Source: Planctomycetota bacterium (GTDB taxonomy: Bacteria > Planctomycetota > UBA8108 > SXIK01). From it: 64,000 nucleotides of DNA. Where the stretch lies: positions 4,896,001 to 4,960,000 of the forward strand of contig OZ244999.1 of the NCBI GenBank assembly GCA_965223265.1. Reading direction: 5' to 3'. A model generated the notes under the pieces. It made no database searches. It was not told where the DNA came from and saw only the letters and a list, made by a program, of their open reading frames with translations. A program made the translations under genes and the position numbers. Below are positions 18,297-27,036 of this stretch, piece by piece (the stretch's first letter is position 1; every line of letters begins with the position of its first letter).

Positions 18297-18319
18297 ACCA
18301 GTACGCGGCCTGCGCCTCG

Positions 18320-18590
18320 GTCTCCGTCTCCGTCTCTGACCCGGTCTCCGTCTCCGTCTCTGACCCCGTCTCCGTCTCCGTCTCTGACCCGGTCTCCGTC
18401 TCCGTCTCTGACCCCGTCTCCGTCTCCGTCTCTGACCCGGTCTCCGTCTCCGTCTCTGACCCGGTCTCCGTCTCCGTCTCTGACCCCGTCTCCGTCTCCG
18501 TCTCTGACCCGGTCTCCGTCTCCGTCTCTGACCCCGTCTCCGTCTCCGTCTCTGACCCCGTCTCCGTCTCCGTCTCTGACCCCGTCTCCG
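18320..18590 (+). repeat. 11 x 24-bp tandem repeat GTCTCCGTCTCCGTCTCTGACCC(C/G)
   Basis: TGACC recurs every 24 bp from 18337 to 18577. Confidence 0.95.
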
Positions 18591-18625
18591 CCCACCTCTC
18601 CCCGCTCTTCACCGCCGCCGAGCAA

Positions 18626-18674
18626 TTGCCCTCGCCAAATCAAGCTGATAAACTGGATACGCGGATCCAATTTA
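18626..18674 (+). promoter_or_regulatory. rrf2 promoter with overlapping palindromic operator
   Basis: TTGCCC(18626)-17 nt-TAAACT(18649); palindrome AAACTGGAT-ACGCGG-ATCCAATTT at 18650-18673. Confidence 0.7.
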
Positions 18675-18688
18675 TGGAGCGAGCCCCG

Positions 18689-19132
18689 ATGCTCTCCCAG
18701 ACCACCGAATACGCCCTCCGAGCTGCGGTCTGCTTGGCGCGCGACTCCGAGGTCGCCAAGACGACAGCGGAGATCTCGCACGCCACGCAAGTGCCGAGCG
18801 CGTACTTGTCCAAAGTGCTCCAAGGGCTAAGCCGCGCCGGGCTGGTCAAATCGCAGCGTGGCCTCCACGGCGGCTTCATGCTGGCTGAGTCCCCGAGCCG
18901 GGTGACGATCCTCGCGATCATCGATGCCGTCGAACCGATCCGCCGGATCGAGACCTGCCCGCTCGATCTTCCCGGGCACGGAACGAAGCTCTGCGCGCTC
19001 CACAGTCGCCTTGATGATGCGATCGCCCATGTCCAGACAGCGTTCCGAACAACGACGCTCGCCGAGGTGCTCGAAGAGCGCGGCGGTGCCGTGGCGCTCT
19101 GTCCCGTGCCGAAAGAGAAAAAACGCACGTAG
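18689..19132 (+). CDS. Rrf2 family transcriptional regulator
   Basis: [12 protein letters not shown]..., [27 protein letters not shown] wHTH; CPL..HG..LC.LH; GGAG RBS at 18676. Confidence 0.92.
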   Translation: MLSQTTEYALRAAVCLARDSEVAKTTAEISHATQVPSAYLSKVLQGLSRAGLVKSQRGLHGGFMLAESPSRVTILAIIDAVEPIRRIETCPLDLPGHGTKLCALHSRLDDAIAHVQTAFRTTTLAEVLEERGGAVALCPVPKEKKRT

Positions 19133-19185
19133 GGGTGACTCAAGACACCCGCGTCATGAAATCCCCGCTCGTCCAATGATTGGGG

Positions 19186-20700
19186 CTACGTCGGCGTCGG
19201 CCCCCGTCTGAGAAGCTCCGTCAAGACTTCGCATTCCTCGACCCCGGTGACGCGCGCGTCGAGGCCTTGAAACTTCACCGACAGGCGATCATTGTTGATC
19301 CCGAGGCAGTGAAGAATCGTCTTGTTGATGTCGGCGATTTTGACGGGTCGCTCGACGATGTTGTAGCTAAAGTCGTCAGTCGCACCGAGTGTCACGCCGC
19401 CCTGGATGCCACCGCCGGCCATCCACATAGTGAAACAGCGAGGATGGTGGTCACGGCCATAGTCGTCGCGCTCCAGCTTCCCCTGGCAGTAAACGGTTCT
19501 GCCAAACTCGCCGCCCCACACGATCAGCGTGTCGTCGAACATTCCGCGCTGCTTGAGATCCCGGATAAGCGCCCACGTCGGTTGGTCGATGTCACGACAC
19601 TGATTACGGATATCCCGCGGCAGCTTGTTGTGCTGGTCCCAGCCGCGGTGAAAGATCTGGATGCACTGAACGTCACGCTCGGCGAGGCGACGTGCCAAGA
19701 GGCAGCTCGCGGCGAACGTCCCAGGCGTGTTGACGTCCGGTCCGTAGGCGTCGAGCACATGCTGCGGTTCCTGCGAAAAGTCTGTGAGCTCAGGAACCGA
19801 CGTCTGCATGCGAAACGCCATCTCGTACTGGGCCATGCGCGCGTTGATTTCGGGATCGCCGATGAGGTCGAAGCGTCGCGCATTGAGCTTGGCGAGTCCA
19901 TCGATGACCGCACGCCTCGTATCACCGTCGACACCGGGCGGATTCGACAGGTAAAGGACCGGGTCGCCCTTGGAGCGCAGCGCAACGCCTTGCATCTTCG
20001 ATGGCAGGAATCCAGAACCCCAAAGGCGCGAGTAGAGTGCCTGGGCACTCTTACGCCCTGTCCAAGTAGGCGTCATGACGACGTAGTTGGGGAGATTCTC
20101 GTTCGACACACCCAATCCGTAGGAAAGCCAGGCGCCAAGACTCGGCCACCCCGGAAGCTCACGCCCCGTCTGGATAAACGTGATCGCCGGGTCGTGATTG
20201 ATCGCGTTGGTGTAGACCGAACGGACAATCGCAAGATCATCGACGAGCTCGCCAGTGTAAGGCAGAAGCTCGCTGACCCAGGCGCCGCATTGGCCACGCC
20301 GATCAAACCGAAACATCGACGGGGCTAAGGGGAGCCTCTTCTGGCCCGAAGTCATCGTCGTGATGCGTTGGCCGCGTCGCACGGAATCGGGCAGGTCGCG
20401 GTCGAAAAGCTCGCGCAGACGCGGTTTGTAGTCGAAGAGATCGATCTGCGAAGGCGCTCCGCCCATGAATAAATAGATGAGCCGCTTCGCCGTCGGCGGA
20501 TGGTGTGGAAGACCGTCGAGACCGCCGACCCGCCTCGGGGCCGTGCTCGTCGCAGTATCGCCCGCCTCACCGCCCGCCGCTGCGCCGAGATGCCGCGTCC
20601 CCGCGAGCGACGCCAGGGTAGCGCAGGTTGCAGCCTGAGCGCTGCGCGTCAGAAGCTGGCGCCGCGTCAGGCGCAAGAGGAGGTCCGTTCGAGAATCCAT
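19186..20700 (-). CDS. DUF1501 domain protein (sulfatase-like, Tat signal)
   Basis: TRRQLL Tat motif; [49 protein letters not shown]. Confidence 0.92.
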   Translation of the reverse strand: MDSRTDLLLRLTRRQLLTRSAQAATCATLASLAGTRHLGAAAGGEAGDTATSTAPRRVGGLDGLPHHPPTAKRLIYLFMGGAPSQIDLFDYKPRLRELFDRDLPDSVRRGQRITTMTSGQKRLPLAPSMFRFDRRGQCGAWVSELLPYTGELVDDLAIVRSVYTNAINHDPAITFIQTGRELPGWPSLGAWLSYGLGVSNENLPNYVVMTPTWTGRKSAQALYSRLWGSGFLPSKMQGVALRSKGDPVLYLSNPPGVDGDTRRAVIDGLAKLNARRFDLIGDPEINARMAQYEMAFRMQTSVPELTDFSQEPQHVLDAYGPDVNTPGTFAASCLLARRLAERDVQCIQIFHRGWDQHNKLPRDIRNQCRDIDQPTWALIRDLKQRGMFDDTLIVWGGEFGRTVYCQGKLERDDYGRDHHPRCFTMWMAGGGIQGGVTLGATDDFSYNIVERPVKIADINKTILHCLGINNDRLSVKFQGLDARVTGVEECEVLTELLRRGPTPT

Positions 20701-20708
20701 CGTCTACG

Positions 20709-23700
20709 CTACTCCTTGCTTACGGTCTCGTCGAGGTTCAGAAGCAGGTTGGCCGCGACCGTCCATGCGGCAAGCTCAACCGGTTCAACGTCGGCCGGCG
20801 GCGGCGACTCGCCGACAGCCACGAGCGCGCGAGCCGCCTCGCCGTCGCTGGCGAATCGAGAGCGGCTGGACGCACGGACTTCGAGAACGACCGCAACTTC
20901 GTCGTCGCTGGGGTTCCGGCCGACGACGAGACGGAATCCGAGTCGGGCGCGCTCCTCGTCCGAGAGTCCGTCGCGGCGCAAGAGGCGCGTGGCGAGATGG
21001 CGCGCGGCTTCCACGAACTGTTCGTCATTCATGAGCGTCAACGCTGCAAGCGGCGTGTTCGTCCGCGAACGTCGCACAGTGCACGTCTCGCGTGACGGAG
21101 CATCGAAAGCAACCATCGATGGAGGCGGCGCGGTTCGCTTCCAAAACGTGTACAGGCTGCGGCGGTAAAGGGACCTACCCGTGTCGCGCTGGTAGTTGGC
21201 AGTGTTGCTATCGGTGTAACCTACCGCCTTCCAGATGCCTGACGGCTGATAAGGACGCACCCCCTGCCCACCCAACGTGCGCACCAAAAGGCCGCTGGCG
21301 GCGAGAGCGCTGTCCCGGATGACTTCGGCATCCAGCCGATAGCGCGAACCACGTCCGAGAAGCCTGTTCTCCGGATCGGCACGGTATGCTTCGGCGCTGG
21401 CAACTGACGCCTGTTGATACGTCGCCGACGTCACGAGCATCCGCTGCAGCGCCTTGATGTTCCAACCGCGCTCGCGAAAGTCAGCTGCGAGCCAGTCAAG
21501 AAGGTGGGGATGGCTCGGTTGCTCACCCTGCGAACCGAAGTCCTCGGCCGTTTTCACCAGTCCGACGCCAAACAATTGCTGCCAAAAACGGTTGACGGTA
21601 ACGCGGCTGGTGAGTGGATGCTCCGGCGCCACCAACCATCGTGCCAGGTCGAGTCGGGTCGGGACGGCCCCGTCGTCGATGTCGCTCAGCGGCGGCAACG
21701 CTGCTGGGGTGTCGCGCTCGACGGGCTCGCCAGGCTTGTCATACTCACCTCGGGTGAGGACGAACGCAGGGCGCGGTTCGGCGCGCTCCTTCCAGACGAG
21801 TGAAGCGATCGGACGATCGAGCTCGAGGCCGTGCTGCTTGCGCGCAAGAACGGTGAGTTGGTCACGAACGCGGCGGTATTCGTCGTCGAAATGAGTCAGG
21901 TAGAACGCCTTCAGGCGTGCCGTCTGCGCTTCAGTGCGCTCCGCAGAGGGACTCCTGAGCAAGTCCTGAATCTCATGTTCATGGACGAGATCGCGGACTT
22001 CATCGGGATGAAGAGCCCGTCGCGCCACCCGCACCTCATCGACGATGCCATGAAACGCCGCGTCGCGACTGCGCCGCGCGACGCGTAGTGAAACCTCGGC
22101 GCGGAGAGATCCTTTCAGGCTGTCGTTCTGCGCCACCGTCGTCGCGGGGGCGCCGTCGATGTAGATCCGCACGCCCGCGGCCTCACCGGAGCCGTCGTAG
22201 GTCACGAAGAGGTGACGCCACGCGTCCGGCTCGATCTTTTCCTCGGTCTCGACTTTGATCGCATCGCTCGGCCAAGAGTGCGCTAAATGCGCCATGATGC
22301 GTCCGCGCGAGACGTAAAGGTCGAAGCCACGGTTGCTTTTTTCCTGATCGACGCGTGCCAGCACGGCGCCATGCCGATGCTTCGCATCGAGCTTGACCCA
22401 GGCCCCATAGGAAAACGCCTCGTCCCCATCGAAGTCTGCCACGTCGCCGAGATCGACATACGCCTCACCGCCGACGCGGACAGCGTCGCCAAACTTGCCC
22501 GCGACACGTTCAGCACCACCGGCGAACACCGCGTCTTCCGAAGGCCCGCCGCTGTTCAGGGAAAGATCGCCGGCGGCATCCGTCGCTGCAGCCGCGCCGT
22601 CGATCACCGCAGGAGAGGCGTCCTCGACGCCTGCCTTCGCGACCGCTCCGGGAGCGTCGAATGTCCAGCGCCCGACGAGCCCGAGCTCAGGCATCGCGGG
22701 CGCTGGCCCTTTCGATCTTGCTCGAGTCATGAGCCAGTTGTCGAACGCTGCTTCAGCAGCGGCGCCGCGCGCCTCGAGGTGCTGCCGCAGCTCCGCCGCC
22801 GACGCCTCGAGTGCAGCGAGCTGCGGACGGTGTTCGCGCCTCGCCGCGCGGAGGATAGGCTCCGGCAAGGGACGATTGCCGTCCATGACGGGGCCGTCGA
22901 GGTTGTTGAAAAACGCGAACAGCTGGTAGAAGTCCTTCATGCTGAACGGATCGAACTTGTGTTCGTGGCAGCGCACGCACCCCATGGAGATGCCCATCCA
23001 AACCGTCGACATGGTTGCAACTCGGTCGACGGTGTAGTGAACGTCGTACTCCGCAGGAATGACCCCACCTTCACTCGTCGTGACGTGGGCGCGGCAGAAA
23101 CCGGTTGCGATCCTCTGCTCGACCGTCGCCTCCGGCAGCAGATCGCCAGCGAGCTGCTCAACAGTGAACTGGTCGAACGGCATGTTGCGGTTAAACGCCT
23201 CGACAACCCAATCACGATACGGCCAGATCTGCCGCACGTTGTCGAGATGAAGTCCATGGGTATCACCGTAGCGCGCCGCGTCGAGCCAGTAGCGCCCCAT
23301 GTGCTCGCCGTAGTGCGGCGAGTCGAGAAGTCGGTCGACGACGCGGTCGTAGGCACCGGGGCGTGCATCGGCGAGAAAGGCGTCGACCTCCTCGGGTGTC
23401 GGAGGCAGTCCCGTCAAATCGAGAGTGACCCGCCGAATCAGCGTCGTGCGGTCGGCACGCGGCGAAGGTGCAAGCCCGTTTGACTCGAGGCGCGCCAAAA
23501 CAAAGTGGTCGATCGGTTGCTTGGGCCACTCTGATCTTTGCACCTGCGGAATCGCGGAACGGACCGGAGTCACGTACGACCAATGCTGCGCCCAAGGCGC
23601 GCCTTCCGCGATCCAGCGACGAACGAGCTCGATCTCCTCCGGTGAAAGATCTTTCTTCAGGCGCGGCGGTGGCATGCGTCGACTCTTGCGCGACGTGATC

Positions 23701-24002
23701 AACCGCGTGTAGACGAGACTCTGATCGGGCTCGCCGGGCACGACCGCGAACTCGTCCGAGTCCAACTCGGCGAACAGCCCTTCGCGCGTATCCAGACGCA
23801 GGTCTGCCTTGCGCTGCGCCTCGTCTGGGCCGTGGCAGGCGAAACACTTTTCCGCCAAAAGGGGTCTGATTTGACGCGCGAAGTCAACTCCGCCGTCGCT
23901 GGCAGCGACCTGCTGCGAAAAAGAAGTGACCGCGATCACGACCGTGACAAGGAAGGTGCCAACAGCAGGTGCTCGCGTTCCGCCGAGTCGATTCCATTGC
24001 AT
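20709..24002 (-). CDS. Planctomycete cytochrome C (PSCyt1) + DUF1549 + LamG-like + DUF1553 protein
   Basis: VDFARQIRPLLAEKCFACHGPD, CVRCHEHKFDP, RVTVNRFWQQLFGVGLV, RRSLYTFWKR, TNTPLAALTLMND; LamG-like insert (WRHLFVTYDG, GIVDEVRV); GGAG RBS before ATG 24002. Confidence 0.92.
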   Translation of the reverse strand: MQWNRLGGTRAPAVGTFLVTVVIAVTSFSQQVAASDGGVDFARQIRPLLAEKCFACHGPDEAQRKADLRLDTREGLFAELDSDEFAVVPGEPDQSLVYTRLITSRKSRRMPPPRLKKDLSPEEIELVRRWIAEGAPWAQHWSYVTPVRSAIPQVQRSEWPKQPIDHFVLARLESNGLAPSPRADRTTLIRRVTLDLTGLPPTPEEVDAFLADARPGAYDRVVDRLLDSPHYGEHMGRYWLDAARYGDTHGLHLDNVRQIWPYRDWVVEAFNRNMPFDQFTVEQLAGDLLPEATVEQRIATGFCRAHVTTSEGGVIPAEYDVHYTVDRVATMSTVWMGISMGCVRCHEHKFDPFSMKDFYQLFAFFNNLDGPVMDGNRPLPEPILRAARREHRPQLAALEASAAELRQHLEARGAAAEAAFDNWLMTRARSKGPAPAMPELGLVGRWTFDAPGAVAKAGVEDASPAVIDGAAAATDAAGDLSLNSGGPSEDAVFAGGAERVAGKFGDAVRVGGEAYVDLGDVADFDGDEAFSYGAWVKLDAKHRHGAVLARVDQEKSNRGFDLYVSRGRIMAHLAHSWPSDAIKVETEEKIEPDAWRHLFVTYDGSGEAAGVRIYIDGAPATTVAQNDSLKGSLRAEVSLRVARRSRDAAFHGIVDEVRVARRALHPDEVRDLVHEHEIQDLLRSPSAERTEAQTARLKAFYLTHFDDEYRRVRDQLTVLARKQHGLELDRPIASLVWKERAEPRPAFVLTRGEYDKPGEPVERDTPAALPPLSDIDDGAVPTRLDLARWLVAPEHPLTSRVTVNRFWQQLFGVGLVKTAEDFGSQGEQPSHPHLLDWLAADFRERGWNIKALQRMLVTSATYQQASVASAEAYRADPENRLLGRGSRYRLDAEVIRDSALAASGLLVRTLGGQGVRPYQPSGIWKAVGYTDSNTANYQRDTGRSLYRRSLYTFWKRTAPPPSMVAFDAPSRETCTVRRSRTNTPLAALTLMNDEQFVEAARHLATRLLRRDGLSDEERARLGFRLVVGRNPSDDEVAVVLEVRASSRSRFASDGEAARALVAVGESPPPADVEPVELAAWTVAANLLLNLDETVSKE

Positions 24003-24051
24003 GACGCTCGCTCTCCGTGAGACGGCTGACTCTTGGCTCCGGACCGTCGGC

Positions 24052-25572
24052 TCAAAAATTCGCCTGGCGCGGCAGCCCATCCTGTTCTGGCTCAGGCGAA
24101 GACGAACGTGACGTCGCTTGCGTCGTCGAGACTCCGGAGCCTGTCGAGGGGTCGTCTTGCGCGGTTGCCGCCAAGTACCACTCGTCCGGAAGATCATACT
24201 TCGTTTCACTCACGATCTCGACGATCGCCCGGCGAGTTGCCGCGGTCAGGTGCTGGTACTTTGGGTCCGTGACCGCGCCGCTGAGGACGCTCCACAGCCT
24301 CGAGTAGACGGATTCCTTGGCGGCATCCGGAAGCGCGCCGAAGGCCTCGGAGTAGATCACGTAACTGAGTGGGTAGGCAAAGAGTCGGGTCTTCAAGTCG
24401 AACTGACGGAGCGAACGACCGTGTCGATCACGCTCACCCCGAGCGACGAAATCCGCCGCAAACGTCGATGTGCCGCGCACAGGCTCGTCGAACGTCGCCT
24501 CGTCCACAAAGAGGAGATAGTCAACGAGCGGCTGGACAGCGCTATGCAGTCGCCGCTTCGTCGACGGAGAGAGGTGTGAAGTTTCCTCCCCGAGCATTTC
24601 ACTGACGACTCTTTGGTCCTCGAGCGCGACGCGGGTCAGATAACTTGCGCGGGTGATCAGGTTTTGCGCCTGCGATTGATGCTCGAGGACGAGGAGGGCA
24701 ACCAGATCGCTATCGTCGGTGAGATACGGACTCGTGTCAAAGTAATCGGTCAAGTCGGTGACGTTGGCGCCAGTCCGCCCACCGAGCGGCGTGCCACGCT
24801 CTGCATCCGAGAGCAAATTCCCGAGGTGGCGCTGTTCACCGTGCTCGCCAGTGACATACCAGCCTCCCCAGCGCTCGGCGAGCGGGCTCGTGTGGTCGGT
24901 GAGAAACGTCCCGGCCCTGAGAATTGGACGCCCGTCTGGCGCTGTACGTACGGAGCGAACAAGATGGCCGGGAACGCCCTGCGTCAAGTTGGAGCTATGA
25001 CACTGAAGGCAGTCGTGCGTGCGGCGCACGAGGCGGGGTCGCTCTTCGGTCTGCGAGAGTGTGTAGAAGATCGCACCCTTCTCTGGGTCGACCGCGGAGA
25101 GCTCGAGGACGTCCCCGCCACGCACCCAACCAACATAGACGTCGTCCGAAAAGTAGACGGCACGTGGCGTCACCGGGGAGATGCGTCGCAGTTGGAAGCT
25201 GGTCTTTGAAAAGACGAGCGTCTGTGAGCTGGGCGGGACATTCAAGTTTTTGAGCAGTGAGGCAAGATAGCCCTGCGACCCTCGTTCAAGCGTGACCTCG
25301 CCCGCATCGATACGCTCCTGCAGCTGGCTCACCGGATCTTTCGTGGCGTCCGAGAAGTAGCTGATCGGCTCCTCCTCTAGCGCCACTTGCGCCATCGCTG
25401 GACGCCCCGACACCCCGAGCAGCGCTGCGAGCATTGCGACGCCGAAAGCGCAGAGAGGAGAACAAGCCGGTCGGTGCCGTGCGGAGCGACAACCGACCGG
25501 CAGGACAAGAACCGGGCGATGGATGGGTTCGATGGTGTCTGTGCGTGGGTCCCGGGCCTTGTCTGGGGACAT
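24052..25572 (-). CDS. Secreted hypothetical protein with one CxxCH (putative c-type cytochrome)
   Basis: AGGAGG RBS, signal-like segment, SQTLVFSKTSFQ, CLQCH, ERWGGWYVTG, LVLEHQ. Confidence 0.8.
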   Translation of the reverse strand: MSPDKARDPRTDTIEPIHRPVLVLPVGCRSARHRPACSPLCAFGVAMLAALLGVSGRPAMAQVALEEEPISYFSDATKDPVSQLQERIDAGEVTLERGSQGYLASLLKNLNVPPSSQTLVFSKTSFQLRRISPVTPRAVYFSDDVYVGWVRGGDVLELSAVDPEKGAIFYTLSQTEERPRLVRRTHDCLQCHSSNLTQGVPGHLVRSVRTAPDGRPILRAGTFLTDHTSPLAERWGGWYVTGEHGEQRHLGNLLSDAERGTPLGGRTGANVTDLTDYFDTSPYLTDDSDLVALLVLEHQSQAQNLITRASYLTRVALEDQRVVSEMLGEETSHLSPSTKRRLHSAVQPLVDYLLFVDEATFDEPVRGTSTFAADFVARGERDRHGRSLRQFDLKTRLFAYPLSYVIYSEAFGALPDAAKESVYSRLWSVLSGAVTDPKYQHLTAATRRAIVEIVSETKYDLPDEWYLAATAQDDPSTGSGVSTTQATSRSSSPEPEQDGLPRQANF

Positions 25573-25602
25573 GACTCCTCCTGCTTGGTTAAGATGCGCC
25601 CT

Positions 25603-25634
25603 ATTATATATATCTGGACCTTTATATCCAGTTA
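25603..25634 (-). promoter_or_regulatory. Promoter of cytochrome/PSD1/DUF1501 operon with Rrf2-type palindrome
   Basis: Minus-strand TATAAT at 25608-25603; AACTGGAT-ATAAAG-GTCCAGAT covers the -35/spacer. Confidence 0.7.
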
Positions 25635-25757
25635 ATTCTTCGGTTTCTGTCAGCGGGTTTTCCGGCGCCCGACCGCCCGAGCAGCGCCGAAAGTAGAAAC
25701 TCAAGAGAGCAGCGGGGTACGATTGCAGGCCCACCAAACGACGACAGGAGTTGAGCG

Positions 25758-26996
25758 ATGCAGCACCCCGTGCGACGACGTGCTTTTTTGAAGAAATGCG
25801 GCCTCGGGGTCGCCGGCTTGGCCGCGATCCACAGCCCGCGGATAGCTCTGGGCTACCCAGCGAACGAAACCCTTCGCGTCGGCGCGATCGGCACGGGCGG
25901 TCGCTGCCGCCGCGCCCTGATCCCCGCGGCCAAAAAAGTTCCGGGCGTCAAGATCGTCGCCGCGTGCGATGTTTGGGACGGCGCCCTGGAGCCTGCCAAG
26001 GCGCTCGTTGAGCCGGGGTCCCTGGCGACACGCCACTACGAAGAGGTGCTCGACCGGCGCGACATCGACGCGGTGATCGTCGGCACACCCGATCACTGGC
26101 ACGTCCCGGTGACGATCGATGCATGCAAGGCCGGAAAGGACGTCTACGTTGAAAAGCCGCTGACGTGGAACATCGCCGAAGGCAAGAGCGTCGTCGCGGC
26201 ACAGAACGACCACCAGCGCATCGTACAAGTCGGCATGCAGCAGCGCAGCATGCCGCACTTCAAAAAGGGCTTCGAGATCATCCGCAGCGGCGAGCTCGGG
26301 GAGGTGAACAAAGTTCATCTGACGTGGAACCGCAACTCCAAGCTCCGGCACCGAAAGTTCGGCATCGACCCCAAGAGCGTCGATTGGCGGCGTTGGCTCG
26401 GACGCGCGAAGGATCGCCCGTTCGACGACTATCTCTTGCGCAACTTCCGCTGGTTCTGGGAGTTTGGCGGCGGCATCCTCACCGATCTGATGGTGCACTA
26501 CATCGACGTGGCCAACTGGTTCCTCGATCTCACCCACCCCACCACCGCAGCGTCAATCGGCGATTTCATCCAAGCCAAGGAGTTTTGGGAAACGCCCGAC
26601 TCGATCCAGACACTACTTCACTATCCCGACAAACGGCTCGAGATCTACTTCGAAGGCACGTTTTCCAATGCACGCAACGGCGCCATGCTCGAGTTCATGG
26701 GCCGCAAGGCAACGCTTTACATGGACCGCGGCCACTGCGAAATCCACACCGAGCGGGCGCACGGCGGCGGTGTTCGTGACCTGTCGCCCGGGAAGGACCA
26801 CCGCGGCAGCGACTTCGACCGCAATGTCGACGGCGGCCTTCACCACATGCAAAACTGGGTCGATTGCATCCGCAGCCGCAAGAAGCCGAACGCGCCGGCG
26901 GAAGCGGGGGTCTGGGCCGCCAGCGGTGCTCACCTCGGTAACATCGCGTTTCGCAGCGGCGAGGTGGCACGCTGGAGTGAGCAGGCTTCGGGTTAG
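25758..26996 (+). CDS. Gfo/Idh/MocA oxidoreductase, Tat-exported
   Basis: RRRAFLKK; GAIGTGGR; TPDHWH; YVEKP; VGMQQRS. Confidence 0.92.
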   Translation: MQHPVRRRAFLKKCGLGVAGLAAIHSPRIALGYPANETLRVGAIGTGGRCRRALIPAAKKVPGVKIVAACDVWDGALEPAKALVEPGSLATRHYEEVLDRRDIDAVIVGTPDHWHVPVTIDACKAGKDVYVEKPLTWNIAEGKSVVAAQNDHQRIVQVGMQQRSMPHFKKGFEIIRSGELGEVNKVHLTWNRNSKLRHRKFGIDPKSVDWRRWLGRAKDRPFDDYLLRNFRWFWEFGGGILTDLMVHYIDVANWFLDLTHPTTAASIGDFIQAKEFWETPDSIQTLLHYPDKRLEIYFEGTFSNARNGAMLEFMGRKATLYMDRGHCEIHTERAHGGGVRDLSPGKDHRGSDFDRNVDGGLHHMQNWVDCIRSRKKPNAPAEAGVWAASGAHLGNIAFRSGEVARWSEQASG

Positions 26997-27036
26997 AGAG
27001 CCCACGGAACGCAAGCGGAACGCGGCTCTTCCCGCT

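Noticed and set aside
17134-18590. Diversity-generating retroelement
   Set aside because: Only an Avd-like gene is present; no reverse transcriptase and no TR/VR pair differing at adenines was seen
17647-18830. ORFs encoding ETETGS, DGDGVR, SPSPSL and HA/NA repeats
   Set aside because: Open in several frames only because the stop-free repeats have period 6 or 24; no RBS or domain; rrf2 has its own RBS and promoter before 18689
24003-24209. Long overlap between the 20709-24209 and 24052-25737 ORFs
   Set aside because: RBS-supported starts at 24002 and 25572 remove the overlap and leave room for the promoter
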